From NCBI GenBank assembly GCA_001643675.2, contig LSRY02000058.1, forward strand, positions 124,001 to 188,000: a DNA stretch of 64,000 nt. The letters are read 5' to 3'. Of the stretch, positions 1-15,078 are shown in pieces. The notes under the pieces are model-generated. The model had not been told where the DNA came from and did no database searches. It worked only from the letters and a program-made list of their open reading frames with translations. Each line of letters opens with the position of its first letter. The stretch's first letter is position 1. Source of the DNA: Monocercomonoides exilis PA203. Lineage: Eukaryota > Protista > Preaxostyla. The position numbers and the translations under genes are program-made.

Positions 1-1261
1 ATAATACATATACATTAGGTGAATAATAACCTATTGATCAAAACTTAAAATGATCGAATGGTTTTTTATTCACATAATAACTTTCATGAGGCTTTTTTCT
101 ATTCTCATTTCAATGCTTGAATTGAGTTTTTAGCAACCCTAACAATTGCAAATAGCACTAAAATTCAAATTTAAAAACCTAAAAATGTCTTTTTGTTGTT
201 GTTTAATTTATTTTTCAAAAAACTAATTAAATAATTTCAATTAGGGGACAGTTGTTTTTGAGAACGAAAGCTTTAAAAAAGAAAAAAGATATATAAAACA
301 TATAGTCAACACCAAAGAGTGTTGATGAAAGTTCACTCGAAAACATTTAGCCTTTTCATTAAGCTTATTTCTAATATTTTTGGTACCCTTAAAGTGGCAT
401 CATACCGCAGATTGGATCAAATTATTCATATCGAAAAAAATAATTCAAAAATTTGGGGGTAATTTAAAATAACCCCTGTTTATTTGAATTGACTTGCTTA
501 TTTTAAAAATCTTCATCTAATTTTGAATAAAATGTTCTAAACATAAAAATGATTGTGTTAGATTATTCGCGTGAAAGATTGATATAAAATACGAAAGTTT
601 TTTTTCGATTCTTTTTTGAAAAAAAATCGATCTTTCAATAATCTTCTTCGAAAAAAAGAACAATTCGATAATTCGTTTCAAATGCTTTACCAACTTATGT
701 TATCGAAAACGTGAGTTATATAATGCAAGTATATATTGTTTTAACAATTAAAAATTCATTTTTCCCAATATACAAATCATAAAAGCTTCTGAAAACTTAT
801 TGTTTATTTCTTCGCAATTGAAGGTTGTTTCTGTAAAACCGTAGCACCAACAACTTCTGTTCCATTTTGATCAGTCCTCACTTGGTATTTACTGCTTTTT
901 TCGATTTAAGCAACAGAAATTTACAAACAATATTGTTTTTCATTTTTCGCCTAGTTGATAAACAATACCTTCAATAATTTACGTGAAATATATAAAAAAC
1001 TGAATGAAAAAGGTATATGTGGTTATTTTTCAAGATTTCGTTTTGAGTATTAAACATTTCAATTTTTAACAAATTTAACTTTTTCGATATTCATCTAATT
1101 ATTTATCCGATTTCACATTTTTCTTACAGTTCCAAATTCTATAAACATTTTTCCTTTGGATATCCCACATTTATAACACTCTCTATCCTCAGGATTACTC
1201 CTAAGTGCAAAAAGAATTTCGACGATCTCATCTATTTATTTACTCTCGTCTAAATTAACAG

Positions 1262-3079
1262 ATTTCTATTCCTGCACGCTCAAACCATCATCAACAGTTC
1301 TGTCTTCCTTCAATTTACAGCTCCGACACTTTTTTCACTGCCTTCAGCATCTCTTTCTTCCGCCAAACACAATCTTCAGCAAATAATCCTGTGGAAAACG
1401 AAGGATCAGAAAATAAAAGAGAAACGCCAGGAAGATTCACTTCATTCGGACTGGACAGCAACAAATTTGAATGGTGCACGTGGTTAAATACAAATGACGG
1501 AAATGATTGATGTGGAGCACTTAAAGTTATTTGCGCAAATGCGAATCTCACAATCACTTCCTGCTCATTTTTCAATTGCTCAACCAGTGATCATGGAGGA
1601 GCGTTGTATTGCAATGTTATGTTAAAAATTGATATTTCAAAATCCAATTTCACAATTTGTCAAGCGAAGCATGGAGGAGCAGTGTTCGTTTACAATCCAC
1701 AATCAAATTCTGTTTATTCATTTTTGGATAATAGAGTGGAAAGTTGCTCAATAACAGATTGGTGTGGAACTGGTTGGTATTTTGCTCTAGGAAATGATCC
1801 TTCAAATTTTCAATTTCTGTTTTCCAAATGCAAGTGCATTTCAAATTCTGGTGGTAATTCTGCTGGTTCTCTAACATTTTCAAATCCCCCAGGAAACAAT
1901 CCAACTCAGTTTTTGATTGATGATTGCCAATTTGTCAATAACAAATTGACTGCCTCTTCGACATATGGAGGTTCCGCAATGTGTTTTTATCCTCCTTTTT
2001 CCTGGATGAATGGAGTCAAATTCATTTCTTTCTGCTTCTTTGATAGCAACACAGCAACAAATGGAAGGGGAAACGATGTGTTCTTTTACGAAAGTGTTAT
2101 TACTCAATCCCCATTCCGGCAATGTGGTTCAACAACTCCAACACAAAGAGTGTGGAATGCAGGAACAGCTGATAACACTGTGTACAATGGTTAGCTTCCA
2201 ATCATCAACCAGAACAAAATCGTTGCCAGCAATGGAACTGATGCTGATGCCTGTGGCAAAACACAGCAAAGCACATGTGCCGCCATCGAGTATTCCCTCT
2301 ATGGGTTTGATTTTTTCAAAGATGCTTCCCTCACTCTCCTTAGCTCAACATTTGTTCCTCTTCAAACACTAACCTTCAGCGCGGTTGACACGAAAATCAC
2401 TGGAAACGGAACAGATGCCACCACCATCGCCTCCAGTGGCATTCCCCAACCACAAAACTCGCATTCACAATCATCACAATCAACATCATCATTTTCTTCA
2501 TTTTCATCCTTGTCATCATCATCAACATCTTCTTCTCCAGATCCATCTGCCTCGTCTGCCCTCTTCCAACAGACTCAGGGCTCCCTCACAGTCTCTGCCC
2601 TCGCCATCGCCCACAACTCCACAAACCCCATCACCCCCATCCTCTCCCACCTCTCCGGTAACTCCCCTTCCCTCAACCTCAACACAACCACCATCACCGG
2701 AACAACCTCCAATTCAATCACAGCACCCCTCTTCTTCCTCACTGCTGGCTCCCTCGCCCTCAACCACACAGCAATCACCAGTCTCATTCTCAACAGCCCC
2801 AGCATCTTCCACCTCACCTCCCTCACAACACCCCTCATCCTCAACTCTTCCAACATCACCCACATCACCTCCACTTCCACCCCCGCCAGCTGTGTCCTCT
2901 CTTCCCTCGTTCACCTGTCTCCTCTCCCTCTTACTCACAAACTGCACCATCACAAGCATCAACTCAGAACAGTAAAGCCAACAGACTGCCTCCAACGACG
3001 GGTGCATCTCATTCACCCAATCTGCCTCTGCCAACACATTTTTGGTGAGCAGCATCATCTTCGCTGGGTGTTGAATTAG
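1262..3079 (+). pseudogene. Degenerate beta-helix (Pmp/pectin-lyase-like) surface protein gene
   Basis: ORFs 1604-2194 and 2510-3079 are in the same frame. In-frame stops at 1508 (TGA, ND*CGAL) and 2192 (TAG, YNG*LP) fall where Trp is plausible, and the frame degrades near 2910. GGA(L/V) repeats, FxxN motifs and DACG..TC match the intact gene at 43787. Boundaries are approximate. Confidence 0.65.
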
Positions 3080-4047
3080 CATAGAAGAAAAGGCGTGTTA
3101 GAAACAGAAGAGTTTAAAAATTCAAAGAATAAGGAAAAAATTACTGAGAATGCAGATGCTTATGGATATAGAAGCAAAGGCGAAAGGAAGAAAAAGTTTT
3201 TCTTTGAAAAGAAGTTGGCATAAGAGATTTTACGGGGATGTGGTATGAAAAGAAAGAAAGAAATGATAACGAAAATAAAGAAGATGCGTGAAATGATAAG
3301 AAAGAGAGAGGCTTTATTTAAGAAAAAGAGAAAGAACATTATGAAATTACGACAAAAGAGAGAATGAATGAAAAAATGAAAGGAAATAAGGAAAAAAAGA
3401 CAAAGAAAAAATAAATGGACATACGATTCTGCGACTGCAACATCGAAGTTAAATGTTTGTTGTGATTATGGATTCTGGATTATGAAACACGCGCACGATT
3501 CAAATTTATTCATCTGAATTTTCTGAATATTGTCGTTTTTTTTTTAATAATTTTATCTAAAACGATAAAAATTATCTTCAATGTAAATCTTTCTTCACAT
3601 AAAACTCAAAATAAATAACAATTTCACTTTATTAACAAATTATTTATTTAACATTTATTTAATTTAAGCGTGTAAACAAGCTTCCGTAGAATTTTCAAGT
3701 TTTTATTAATGAAATCGACAAAAAAGGTTTGATTTTTCTTTTATTTCCACTTTGTTTAAATTAGTGTTTTTTGTTTGTTTTATTTTCCTTTCCCACATTA
3801 ATTATTAATTTGAATGATCTTTTCTAATTCAAAATCTCATATTGATTTTTAATTTTTGGCCTTTTATTTGAATTAAGTGGTCTTTATTCAAATTAACATA
3901 GGTTTATTAAAAAAACCTCCATTAATTTAAATTAACCTACTTAATTTGCTTTATATCAATAAATAAATCAATACAAAGACTAACGGGAATATTTAATCTC
4001 CTTTAAAAACTAACTTTATGGAAAGTGAAGTTTGTTCATGGAACTAC

Positions 4048-6265
4048 TCACATTTCTTTGCAGCAATTATCATCACGTTTAAAAAACGCTTTTATTGTCT
4101 CTGCAACATCTGATCCGACAGATTTGTCCACTTTTTTTGCTTTTTCTCTTTTCTTTTCTTTTCCCGTTTCCTTCTTTTTGTTCAACGACTCTATCAAACT
4201 CAGTCGAGATGACGAACATCTGCTTCTTTCTCCTGTAATTAGTTCCTGTTGAATAAGATCAAAGACTTTGAAGGGAGTTACTAATTTATTTGAAACCATC
4301 TCAGATTTGAATGACGATACGCCACGCAGATGGCACAATTGGCGTTTCCACACAGCTCCAACTGTGCAATGCTTATTCTTCAGATTTCGTTCTTGGAAGT
4401 CTGAAAACGTGAGTAAAGGAGATCCATCAACTGTCTGCCGGCAAGAAAGTGAATCCTCATTCACTCGAGAAGCATTTGAGTCAGTAAGCAACCGCGACAC
4501 TGATACAAGAAATGATATGCTGTCGTCAAGATGCAGACTGTTGTGCACTGTAAACCCATTTTCCGTCTGCAAGTTGCAAACAGCTGTTTTCAGCGATTGA
4601 GCAGACATGCATGGAGCATTACGATACCTGGAAGCGAAGGGAAAGGAAGTTTTCAGTTGTTGCAGTGGATGTGTTTCTGAAGATGCAGAAGACAAAGCGG
4701 ATGAAGGATTTGAACAGCATTTGTTTGATGATGCACCGAATAATGATGAGCTCAGCTTGCCTTCAATAAGATAAATAATCGAAGAGCACCCGCACGTCGA
4801 AAGCCGATGCCGCTGCTCGTCGAATCGCATGTCTCTGATCGAATGATGAAGATCCGCTACAGTTTTCCGCTCAACCACACAATCAAGAACTAGTTCTTCG
4901 CTGTATGCTTCGCAAAACTCTTCTGCTTCATTCTCGCTGTCCAAAAAGTTTTTTCCTCTTGACTTTCGCGCAATCCAAAGAAAATCCCCCACTGACAATG
5001 ACCTTCTCAGCGTCTTGATTCCTCTCAATCGTAATTCCTCCACAAATGCCTAAAAATAGAATAAAAATAATCATTAAACATTGTGTTCAATAATTATTAT
5101 CAATCGAAAACATTAAGTAAAATGAAAATAAAACGATCCAAATAACCGTTGATTCTTCATCGTAGCGCTTCTCTCGACTATCTGCAACAAGATATATCTC
5201 ATATTCGCCTATTAAAAGGGGTTTAATTGATGCATTTCTTCTCTGATCCTCTGCAAGTTTCTCTCTAACATTTTTTGAGAGTTTTAATTCTTTGAATTTT
5301 GGCTTCAAAGGAAGTGAAAGAGATTTCATCAATTTGCAATTCGTTTTTGACTGATCGTCATTCATCTTACTTGCTTGAATAGGCTTGTCTTCATCTATTT
5401 GGAAATCTTCTGTTTCAGTATCAATTTCCTTTTCTGTATATTCTTCCTCTTCGTCGTCTTCTATTAGCACTGGATCTGCTTGCATGTTATTGTAAGAAAC
5501 TGATGGAAGCATCCGCTTTGGTGTTGTTAATGGATTTAGACTTGATGAGTTAGAAAAGTGTGCTGCAGAACTGCTTTCACCGAAATATTTCCGTTTCAAA
5601 GCAGTTAATGTTAGATCATCAGAGCGTGTGGAAGGAGATTCATCAAAAGAACAGGGAAGTGTTTTCGATTTTTTGATTTTCGGAATTTCCATTACTTCAG
5701 GTTGTGAAAGAGTTTCATGAAGTGGACTCCATAAAGAGTCTCTGACTGGTGATTCCAAACAATTTAATGTCTTTAACTTTTTCCTATTAGCTGACATAGC
5801 GAAATGTCCATCATCTCCAGACAAATATAAATCAGTATCATCCTCGCCTGGAGTATCAAAAAATTGTAATGGAGAAGATATCGGAGTTTCACAAGAAAAA
5901 CAACTGTTAAAATCATTGTTACTAAAAATTGAAGAATGAATTGGGGTCACAAGATCAATAAAATTATTTTGCCATTTTGGTTTAAAAGCTTCATTCTTGT
6001 CTTTTCCATAATATTCACTTGATTGTTCATGTGAAAAGTACGGAGATAATTTATGATCAGCTTGGTGCAATGTTTCGATTTCTGTATGTTGTTTACAGTT
6101 TTGTAGTATAGTTGTGGATCTGTATCCGCAATATGCATTTTGATGTGAATTATCAAAATGGAAATCTGTTGCAAAATCTTGAAATAATAGATCGATTTTT
6201 TCGTTCGATAGTTCAATATTTTCATGTTTATGGTTGTCTATATTGCTTTCTTTTACATTGCTCAT
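4048..6265 (-). CDS. MUS81: MUS81-like ERCC4 structure-specific endonuclease (2 exons; intron 5050-5146)
   Basis: Motifs LVADSRE, LSVGDFLW, VVERKTVADL..SIRD.RF.EQ and YLIEG, plus a C-terminal HhH-like QLCHLRGVS. The GT-AG intron joins the two ORFs in phase 0 (EEST|AFVEEL). Confidence 0.9.
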
Positions 6266-6469
6266 AACGTTGTCCGATAATCCAAAAAAATAAAAATTTG
6301 AAAAAGAAATATAAAATATTTATGGGTCAATGTTAAGTTCATTTCAAATTAAAATTCATCTATTATAATGTATTTCGAACAAATTATACAAGAACTCTTA
6401 ATTTTGTTTGTCAGCTCCCAATACAATTTTCATCATTCAATTTTTTTGATCTGAATTTGTTAAACATTT

Positions 6470-8630
6470 CGTTCAGGAAAGTCAACCTTAACTGATTCTC
6501 TTATCGAAAAAGCTGGAATTATTGGACAACAACAAGCTGGCGATGCTAGAACGTTAGATACCCGAAAAGACGAACAGCAAAGGAGCATAGAAATCAAATC
6601 GACTGGAATTTCTTTGTATTACGAATTCCAAATTCATAACCCAAAAAAGAGAGAGACGGTTATCCTGTAAATGTTATTAACTCATCAGGGAACGTTGACT
6701 TTACAGGTGAAGCATCAGCCAATAATCATATGACAGATGGAGCAATTGTTGTCGTCAATTCAGTTGAAAGCATTTGCGTTCAGACTGAAACAGTATTGCG
6801 ATAGGAGCTTGCAGAGCGTGTGATGCCTGTTCTTATGATGAACAAAATTGACAGAATGATCCTTGAATTAAAATTGGATCCAGAAGAGGCTCATCAAAGA
6901 TTCCTACGGAAGATTGAGCATATCAATTAACTTTATACCATGCATCACAACGAAAAGCTGAGTGATGTTGAAGTAAATCTTGTTACATGAACGATTGCAT
7001 TTGGAATGAGTCTTAATTTACTCTGTTTCATTCGTCAACAATTTGCAGAATTTTATTCAAGAAAATAACACTCACCAAAAACAGATATATTGAAGAAACT
7101 CTAGGAAGATTAGTTTTTTTCAACCCTGACTCGGAGAAGTAGCAAAAAAATACCTGATGCGAAAGCAGACGAGGGAAAAAAGGTGAAAATTGGATTTGTG
7201 CAGTTTATCTTGGATCCTTTGCATCAAGTGATCAATTCTGTCCTGGCAAAGAACACGGAAAGATTGACAAAAGTTATAACTCAAATGAAAAACCATCTGA
7301 CAACTGAACAGGAAGCTATCACAGAAAGAAAGACACAGAAAGCCAAGGAACTAAGCTTGATGCTGTCGGCCAATATGCTTCTAGAAATAATCGTGTTAGT
7401 CAAGTCATTTCAAATCCAGCTTCAGAAAATCAAAAATTAAAAAGTTAGCGCAAAGGAACAATGGTTGCTGCTTCCACTGCTGCTGCTGCTGCTTTTTCCT
7501 TTCATAATTGCAATCCAGATGGATCATTGATGTTCTATTGTTTTAAAGATGGAATCTCCTGAAAAGATTGATTTCTATGCTTTTTAACGAATCTTCTCAG
7601 GAACTGTTAGAATTGGAATGAAGGTAAGAATGTTTTTTTAAAGGATAAAACTTTTGTCCACAGAAAGAAAGACGATTTGATTTATAAAGAACATACAAAG
7701 AAGTGTTCTGCTTGTTTACAGGCAGAAAGTTTGAGTCTGTAGAAGATATTCCTTTCTGGAAGCATATCAATGCTTTAATGGAGTTGGTTAATATCTAACA
7801 AAAAAATAATAATACAGGAGCAATTGAAGATAATGAAAATGCTAGCAGTAATGCCTCAATGAAGCTATCTATGTCTCTCGTTGTGTGTGCGATTATTCCA
7901 ATCGAGATGAAAGAAAATGAGAATTCTGCTGTTGTTTACAAAAGACCCAAAGCACCTGACAAAAATATATCCTGTTTGCGCATTTTCTTCAGCAGCAGAT
8001 TCAGATAAGAACATAACATAGGAGCTGGTGATCCGAAATTTGATGGATCCTTTGAAGGGTTCACACGATGATTTCGTATATTTCTATAAAAAACAAGCCT
8101 GTGAAATGAAGCAATATATTGGGGATGGCCTTCAATCCGTTGTTGTTATGCTTCAATTCAATTTTCTGTTAAACAGAGGAGCATCTGAATTTATCTAGAT
8201 TTAATTGATGTCATGATTTGTATGCTTGTATAATTCGAAAGTTTTTATGTTCAGCTAATTTTTCTAATTGCATGTTTGCTGCTGCTGATATTACTACCCC
8301 AAAAAAAATATGATATTATTTGAATCGACTTGCGCTTGAACAAGAGAAGATAATGAATTTAATGTAAAGAACCAAAAATTAGCTCATCTCTTGTTAAAGT
8401 TAAAGCTTTTCTGCTTATCTTTGAATTGCTTGAATTTACAAATGATCTCTGTTCACACATTTCTGGGTCAGTTTTTTCTGTGGAGTGTGTGTTTAGTCAT
8501 TGGTAACTTGTGCAAAAGAACAGCGAATGAGATTGGTTCACAATGGTATTCTACTGTTAGTGCAATCAGAAAACGCAAGGATTAACCAGATGATGCCTTA
8601 GGACCTGGGCTTTTTTACAAAGAACACTAT
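6470..8630 (+). pseudogene. EEF2: Translation elongation factor 2 pseudogene
   Basis: Readable fragments: [88 protein letters not shown]. Many stops and frameshifts, and shorter than a full EF-2. Confidence 0.9.
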
Positions 8631-9019
8631 GTTATAATTATATTTTTTTGTGTCATTTTTAGTGAATTGCATATCGAGTTAAAGATTCGGTCAATTAAAT
8701 GATTTTAAAAATTTTTTACAAGTGCAAAGTATAATTTGTCATATCGTTTTTATCTTGGTAGATTTTCCTTGGTTGTTTCGTGTTATTTCTTTTCGTAATT
8801 ATTTAAAGATTATTTAAACATTTTCACATTTTAAGGAGATATTTAAGGTATTTCCGCAAAATAAAAATTATAATTTTAAAAAGAACGTTCAATTCCGTTT
8901 TTTATGTGCTTGAATAATTGCATTAAACACTATTTGTGCTTCAAACAATGACCAGATAATTATTTGATCCAAAAATCTGTTTTCAATCATTATTAAGGGT
9001 AGAAGATCATTATTAATTG

Positions 9020-10967
<1,948 letters not shown>

Positions 10968-11645
10968 AGAGAGAGGAAGAGGAAGAGAAAGAGAAAGAGA
11001 AAGAAGAAAGGAAGGAAGGAGAAAAAAAGAAAAGAAATTCTCAAAGGCAAATGAATAAATAAAATAAATGAAAAATAAAAATGAAAATGAAAATTAGATT
11101 AAATAGATGTTAATGTGATGCAGAGCGATGAAGAGTTGGGGAAAATATTAATTTTCATTTTATTTTATTTTATTTTATTTTTTTGTTTGAGAATTTTTCT
11201 TTTTTTTGAATGAGAATGGTTTGAGAGAAAATAAAATGAGATTTAGTTTGTGTTTCACAACTGTCTCTAGTTTATGACTCCTTTTTGAATTGCCAATTTC
11301 CTTTGTCGAGTGGAGCTGTCTCTTATTCTGATGCACATTATATTTTTTTATTTTCTTTTTTTTCTAACACTGTAAAACAAATAAATAAAATAGACCTTAA
11401 TTTTTCATTGTTTTTTTCATCTTTGACATCACGTCGTTTCTCATCTTATTTTTGTTTTTGATTAAACATTGCTGCACTTCGTATTGATTTTTGAATTTTT
11501 GATTTTTTCTATTAGAAATGTTTTTTAATATTCCTTTGTTATTAAAAATCTTAAATGATTGATAAAATCAAAACTTTCATCTTCTATTCAAAACTATAAA
11601 TAAGGTTCAAAGATCAATTATTGATCAACGTTTTCTTAATTATCA

Positions 11646-14383
11646 ATGCCAGAAGAAAATGCAAATCAATCTCAAGAGCCAGTCTTAGAAAAGTCAAAAG
11701 ATTCACAACCTCAACCTCTTTCAGAGAGTGAAATTGAAAAGATGATTTCTGTGTGATGATTTTTCCTAACATCATAATTTCTCCATAAATATTATTTTCT
11801 TTTAACGTCTTTCGAACTGTATTTTTCAACTAAAATTATAAAGGATCCTGTATATCAAACTTGCAAAAAATTAGAAACCGAAACTCAGGAACTGTTTGAG
11901 AGTATCAAAAAACATGTTGGAGTGAAAGAAACAGAAACAGGACTTGCTCCCCCTTCTCAATGGGATTTACAGTCCGACAAACTTAGGATGCAACGCGAAC
12001 AATCTCTTATAGTTGCTAGATGCTTAAAAATTTATCAAGGAAACCCAGACCCGTACGAGCAATTGATAGGAAGACAAACTCAACCGAGAGGAATGCGAAT
12101 GGGGCAACCTGGTGCAGCCGACGGAGCTGCAGCAAATGGTGCTCAGGGTCAAGGCGCTGGTGCTCCAGCAGAAGAAATTGTTCAAACAACAAAATATATT
12201 GTTAACCTTAGGTTTTTTCATTGATTTGAATTTGTGTTTTAAATATATGACGACATTTTTCATTACAATAAAGACATTATTCAAAATACGTGGTTGGATT
12301 AGGAGAAGATGTTTCACCAACTGATGTTGAAGAAGGGATGAGAGTTGGATGCGACAGAGTTAAACATTCAATTCAATTACCACTTCCACCAAGAATTGAT
12401 CCAACAGTATCAATGATGGAAGTTGAAGAGAAGCCAGATGCGACTTACGCAGATGTTGGAGGCTGCAAAGAGCAAATTGAAAAACTTCGAGAAGTTGTTG
12501 AGATACCTTTATTAAAGGTGTGATATTAGAAAATATATTCAAAATGTTAATAATTCATTTTAAACTATGAAACAATATAACATTCTTTTATTGTTATAAT
12601 TATATCTTTTCAGCCCGATCGTTTCACAAAACTGGGAATTGACCCACCAAAGGGTGTGTTGCTGTTTGGTCCGCCAGGAACAGGGAAGACTTTGGCTGCG
12701 CGTGCTGTTGCAAACAGAACTGAAGCAACATTCATTCGAGTTATTGGGAGTGAGCTTGTTCAACGGTATGTGGATTGTGTGATGTTGATATGCATATATT
12801 TATATATTTATTTATTGAAAAACGGGGGGAATATAATGTTATTTACTGTTTTTGTGAAATGTATTTATGATTTTTTTAATTTTTTTTTTTGAAATATTTG
12901 GATAAAAACATAATTTTAATATTATATATATATATTTAATATTTCCTTGCGCAATGTGTTTATTCTTGTTATTATTATTATTATTATTAGATACATCGGA
13001 GAAGGAGCGAGAATGGTTAGAGAGATTTTCGCATTGGCCAAGCAAAAGAAAGCTTGCATATTGTTTTTCGATGAAATTGATGCAATTGGAGGTTTGTGAT
13101 TCTTTCTTATAGATTTCTTGTGATTCATCAATTTTTCTTTTTATTTATTTATTTTCTCCTTCTTCTTCTTATTATTATTATTATTATTTAAATAATGTTT
13201 CTAACATTCTTTCTTTTTTTTCTTGTTATATACTCTTCCTATTTATTTGAATTGTCAAAATTAAAATAATCATAATAATAATACAAATCTTTATATTTTC
13301 TCTTATTCTTATTTATTTTTTGATATTTATTTATTAATTTATTAATTATTCACTAACTTATCTTTTTCATTTCCCCAGGTGTCCGTTTCGAAGACGACAC
13401 GGGAGAAACCGAAGTACAGCGCACGATGCTTGAGCTTCTGAACCAGCTTGATGGGTTTGAGTCACGTGGGGCAGTGAAAGTGATCATGGCGACAAACAGA
13501 CCAGATATTTTAGACCCAGCGCTGATGAGGCCAGGGAGATTAGACAGGAAAGTGGAGTTTGGACTGCCGGATTTGGAGGTGTGCGGGAGAGAGGGAGAGA
13601 GAGAGAAAGAAAGAGAGGAGAGAGAAAAGGAGGAGAGAGAGAGAGAAAGAGAAAGAGAAAGAGAGAAAGAGAGAGAGAGAGAGAGAGATGCGTTTTGTAA
13701 TAAAAATGATGATAATGATAAATATTATTGAAAAAATTGAATGGAAATATCTCATATAAATAAATTTGTTATCATTATGAGAAAAATACATAACTTTCAA
13801 TGTTGTATTGCATCACTTCGTATTTCTTTTGTTCTTTATCGCATTTTTTTTTCCTTCTTTGTCAATGTTAATTATATTTTATTTTATTATTTAAATTAAT
13901 TTATTTGCTTGTTTTCTCTTTGTTTCTTTCACATCTTTATCAAAAGGGCCGAACACAAATATTTAGAATCCACTGTCGCTCAATGAACTGTGAGAAGGGA
14001 ATCCGTTTTGATTTGCTTGCGCGTCTATGTCCAAACTCAACAGGAGCAGATATTCGGTCTGTTTGCACTGAGGCTGGAATGTTTGCAATCAGAGCTAGAA
14101 GAAAGGCATGCTCTTTTCCTTGAATATAAAAAATTATTTTATTTTAAAAAATTAATTTATTTTATTTTATTTTCCGGAAATTTATAATTTCAATTTTTAT
14201 TGATTTGTTCACTTTGTTTCTTTAAATAGTATGTTACTGAAAAGGATATGCTTGATTCTATTAACAAAGTTATCAAAGGATATGCAAAATTCTCTGCGAC
14301 TCCAAAGGTTTGTTTTTGTCCTTTATTAATTCGATTCGTTTTTTCATACATTTCGTAATTTTCAGTATATGGTATACAATTAA
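11646..14383 (+). CDS. PSMC2: 26S proteasome AAA-ATPase RPT1 (multi-exon)
   Basis: [57 protein letters not shown]-terminus KFSATPKYMVYN*. Confidence 0.95.
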
Positions 14384-14511
14384 CGCGTTGAATTTTCGTT
14401 TTTTTACATCACGCATTCAAATACCAATTCATAAATTACTTTTATTTTCTTTTAACAAATATAAAAATAAAATTTCTTAAACGAAGCGATTTGTTTGTGA
14501 AATGAATACAG

Positions 14512-14998
14512 TTATAATCTGTCGAGGCATTCCAAATGTATTATGGCTGATCCTCGAATGACCTAAGAAGTTAAATAAAAATTATCAAATTGAAATATAG
14601 ACACAAAAAATAAGAATTATCACCATTGTTCCAATGAATTTTGGCTTTTCTTTTTCGAAAACTTCGCTCGCATTATGTAAAACTATGTTTAACATGTGAT
14701 CATTGCTGAATAAAACGCCTTCAACAGTTCTTCCAGCATTTAATTTAACTTTAAACAAATATAATATAAGATGATTGGAATATAATTGTTGCAAATAAAT
14801 ACCTCTTATGTTTTTTTCCAAAAACCTATTAAAAATATAAAAATCCAATAAACTTAAGAATGAAATATAACTCTAAAATCTAACCTTTTCAAATCTGGAG
14901 CTGATTGTCCTGGAAAATATATAGTTGTTGAATTAATTAAAATATTAATAAATAACAAAAAGACATTTTTCCATACTGAATGATGGAGCTGAAGCCAT
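14512..14998 (-). CDS. SNRPG: Small nuclear ribonucleoprotein G (5 exons, three of them ~22-25 nt)
   Basis: Spliced product: MASAPSFRQSAPDLKRFLEKNIRVKLNAGRTVEGVL..DHMLNIVL..IGTMVIRGSAIIHLECLDRL*. Sm1 and Sm2 motifs are present and all introns are GT-AG. Confidence 0.85.
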
Positions 14999-15078
14999 TT
15001 ATGCAAAAAACAGATTTCTGTTGATCAAAAAATATAAAAGTATGGTGAACTAACCATTACAGATATTGTGAGGAGCAA

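Noticed and set aside
1-1150. AT-rich region with short TTCGA/poly-A/T hairpins
   Set aside because: No defined termini, ORF or RNA structure could be supported.
2192-2194. TAG read as Gln (non-canonical code known in the oxymonad Streblomastix), given the tRNA-Gln genes
   Set aside because: The tRNA anticodon is CTG, conserved genes end in TAA or TAG, and intact genes show no in-frame TAR. The stops occur only in decayed genes.
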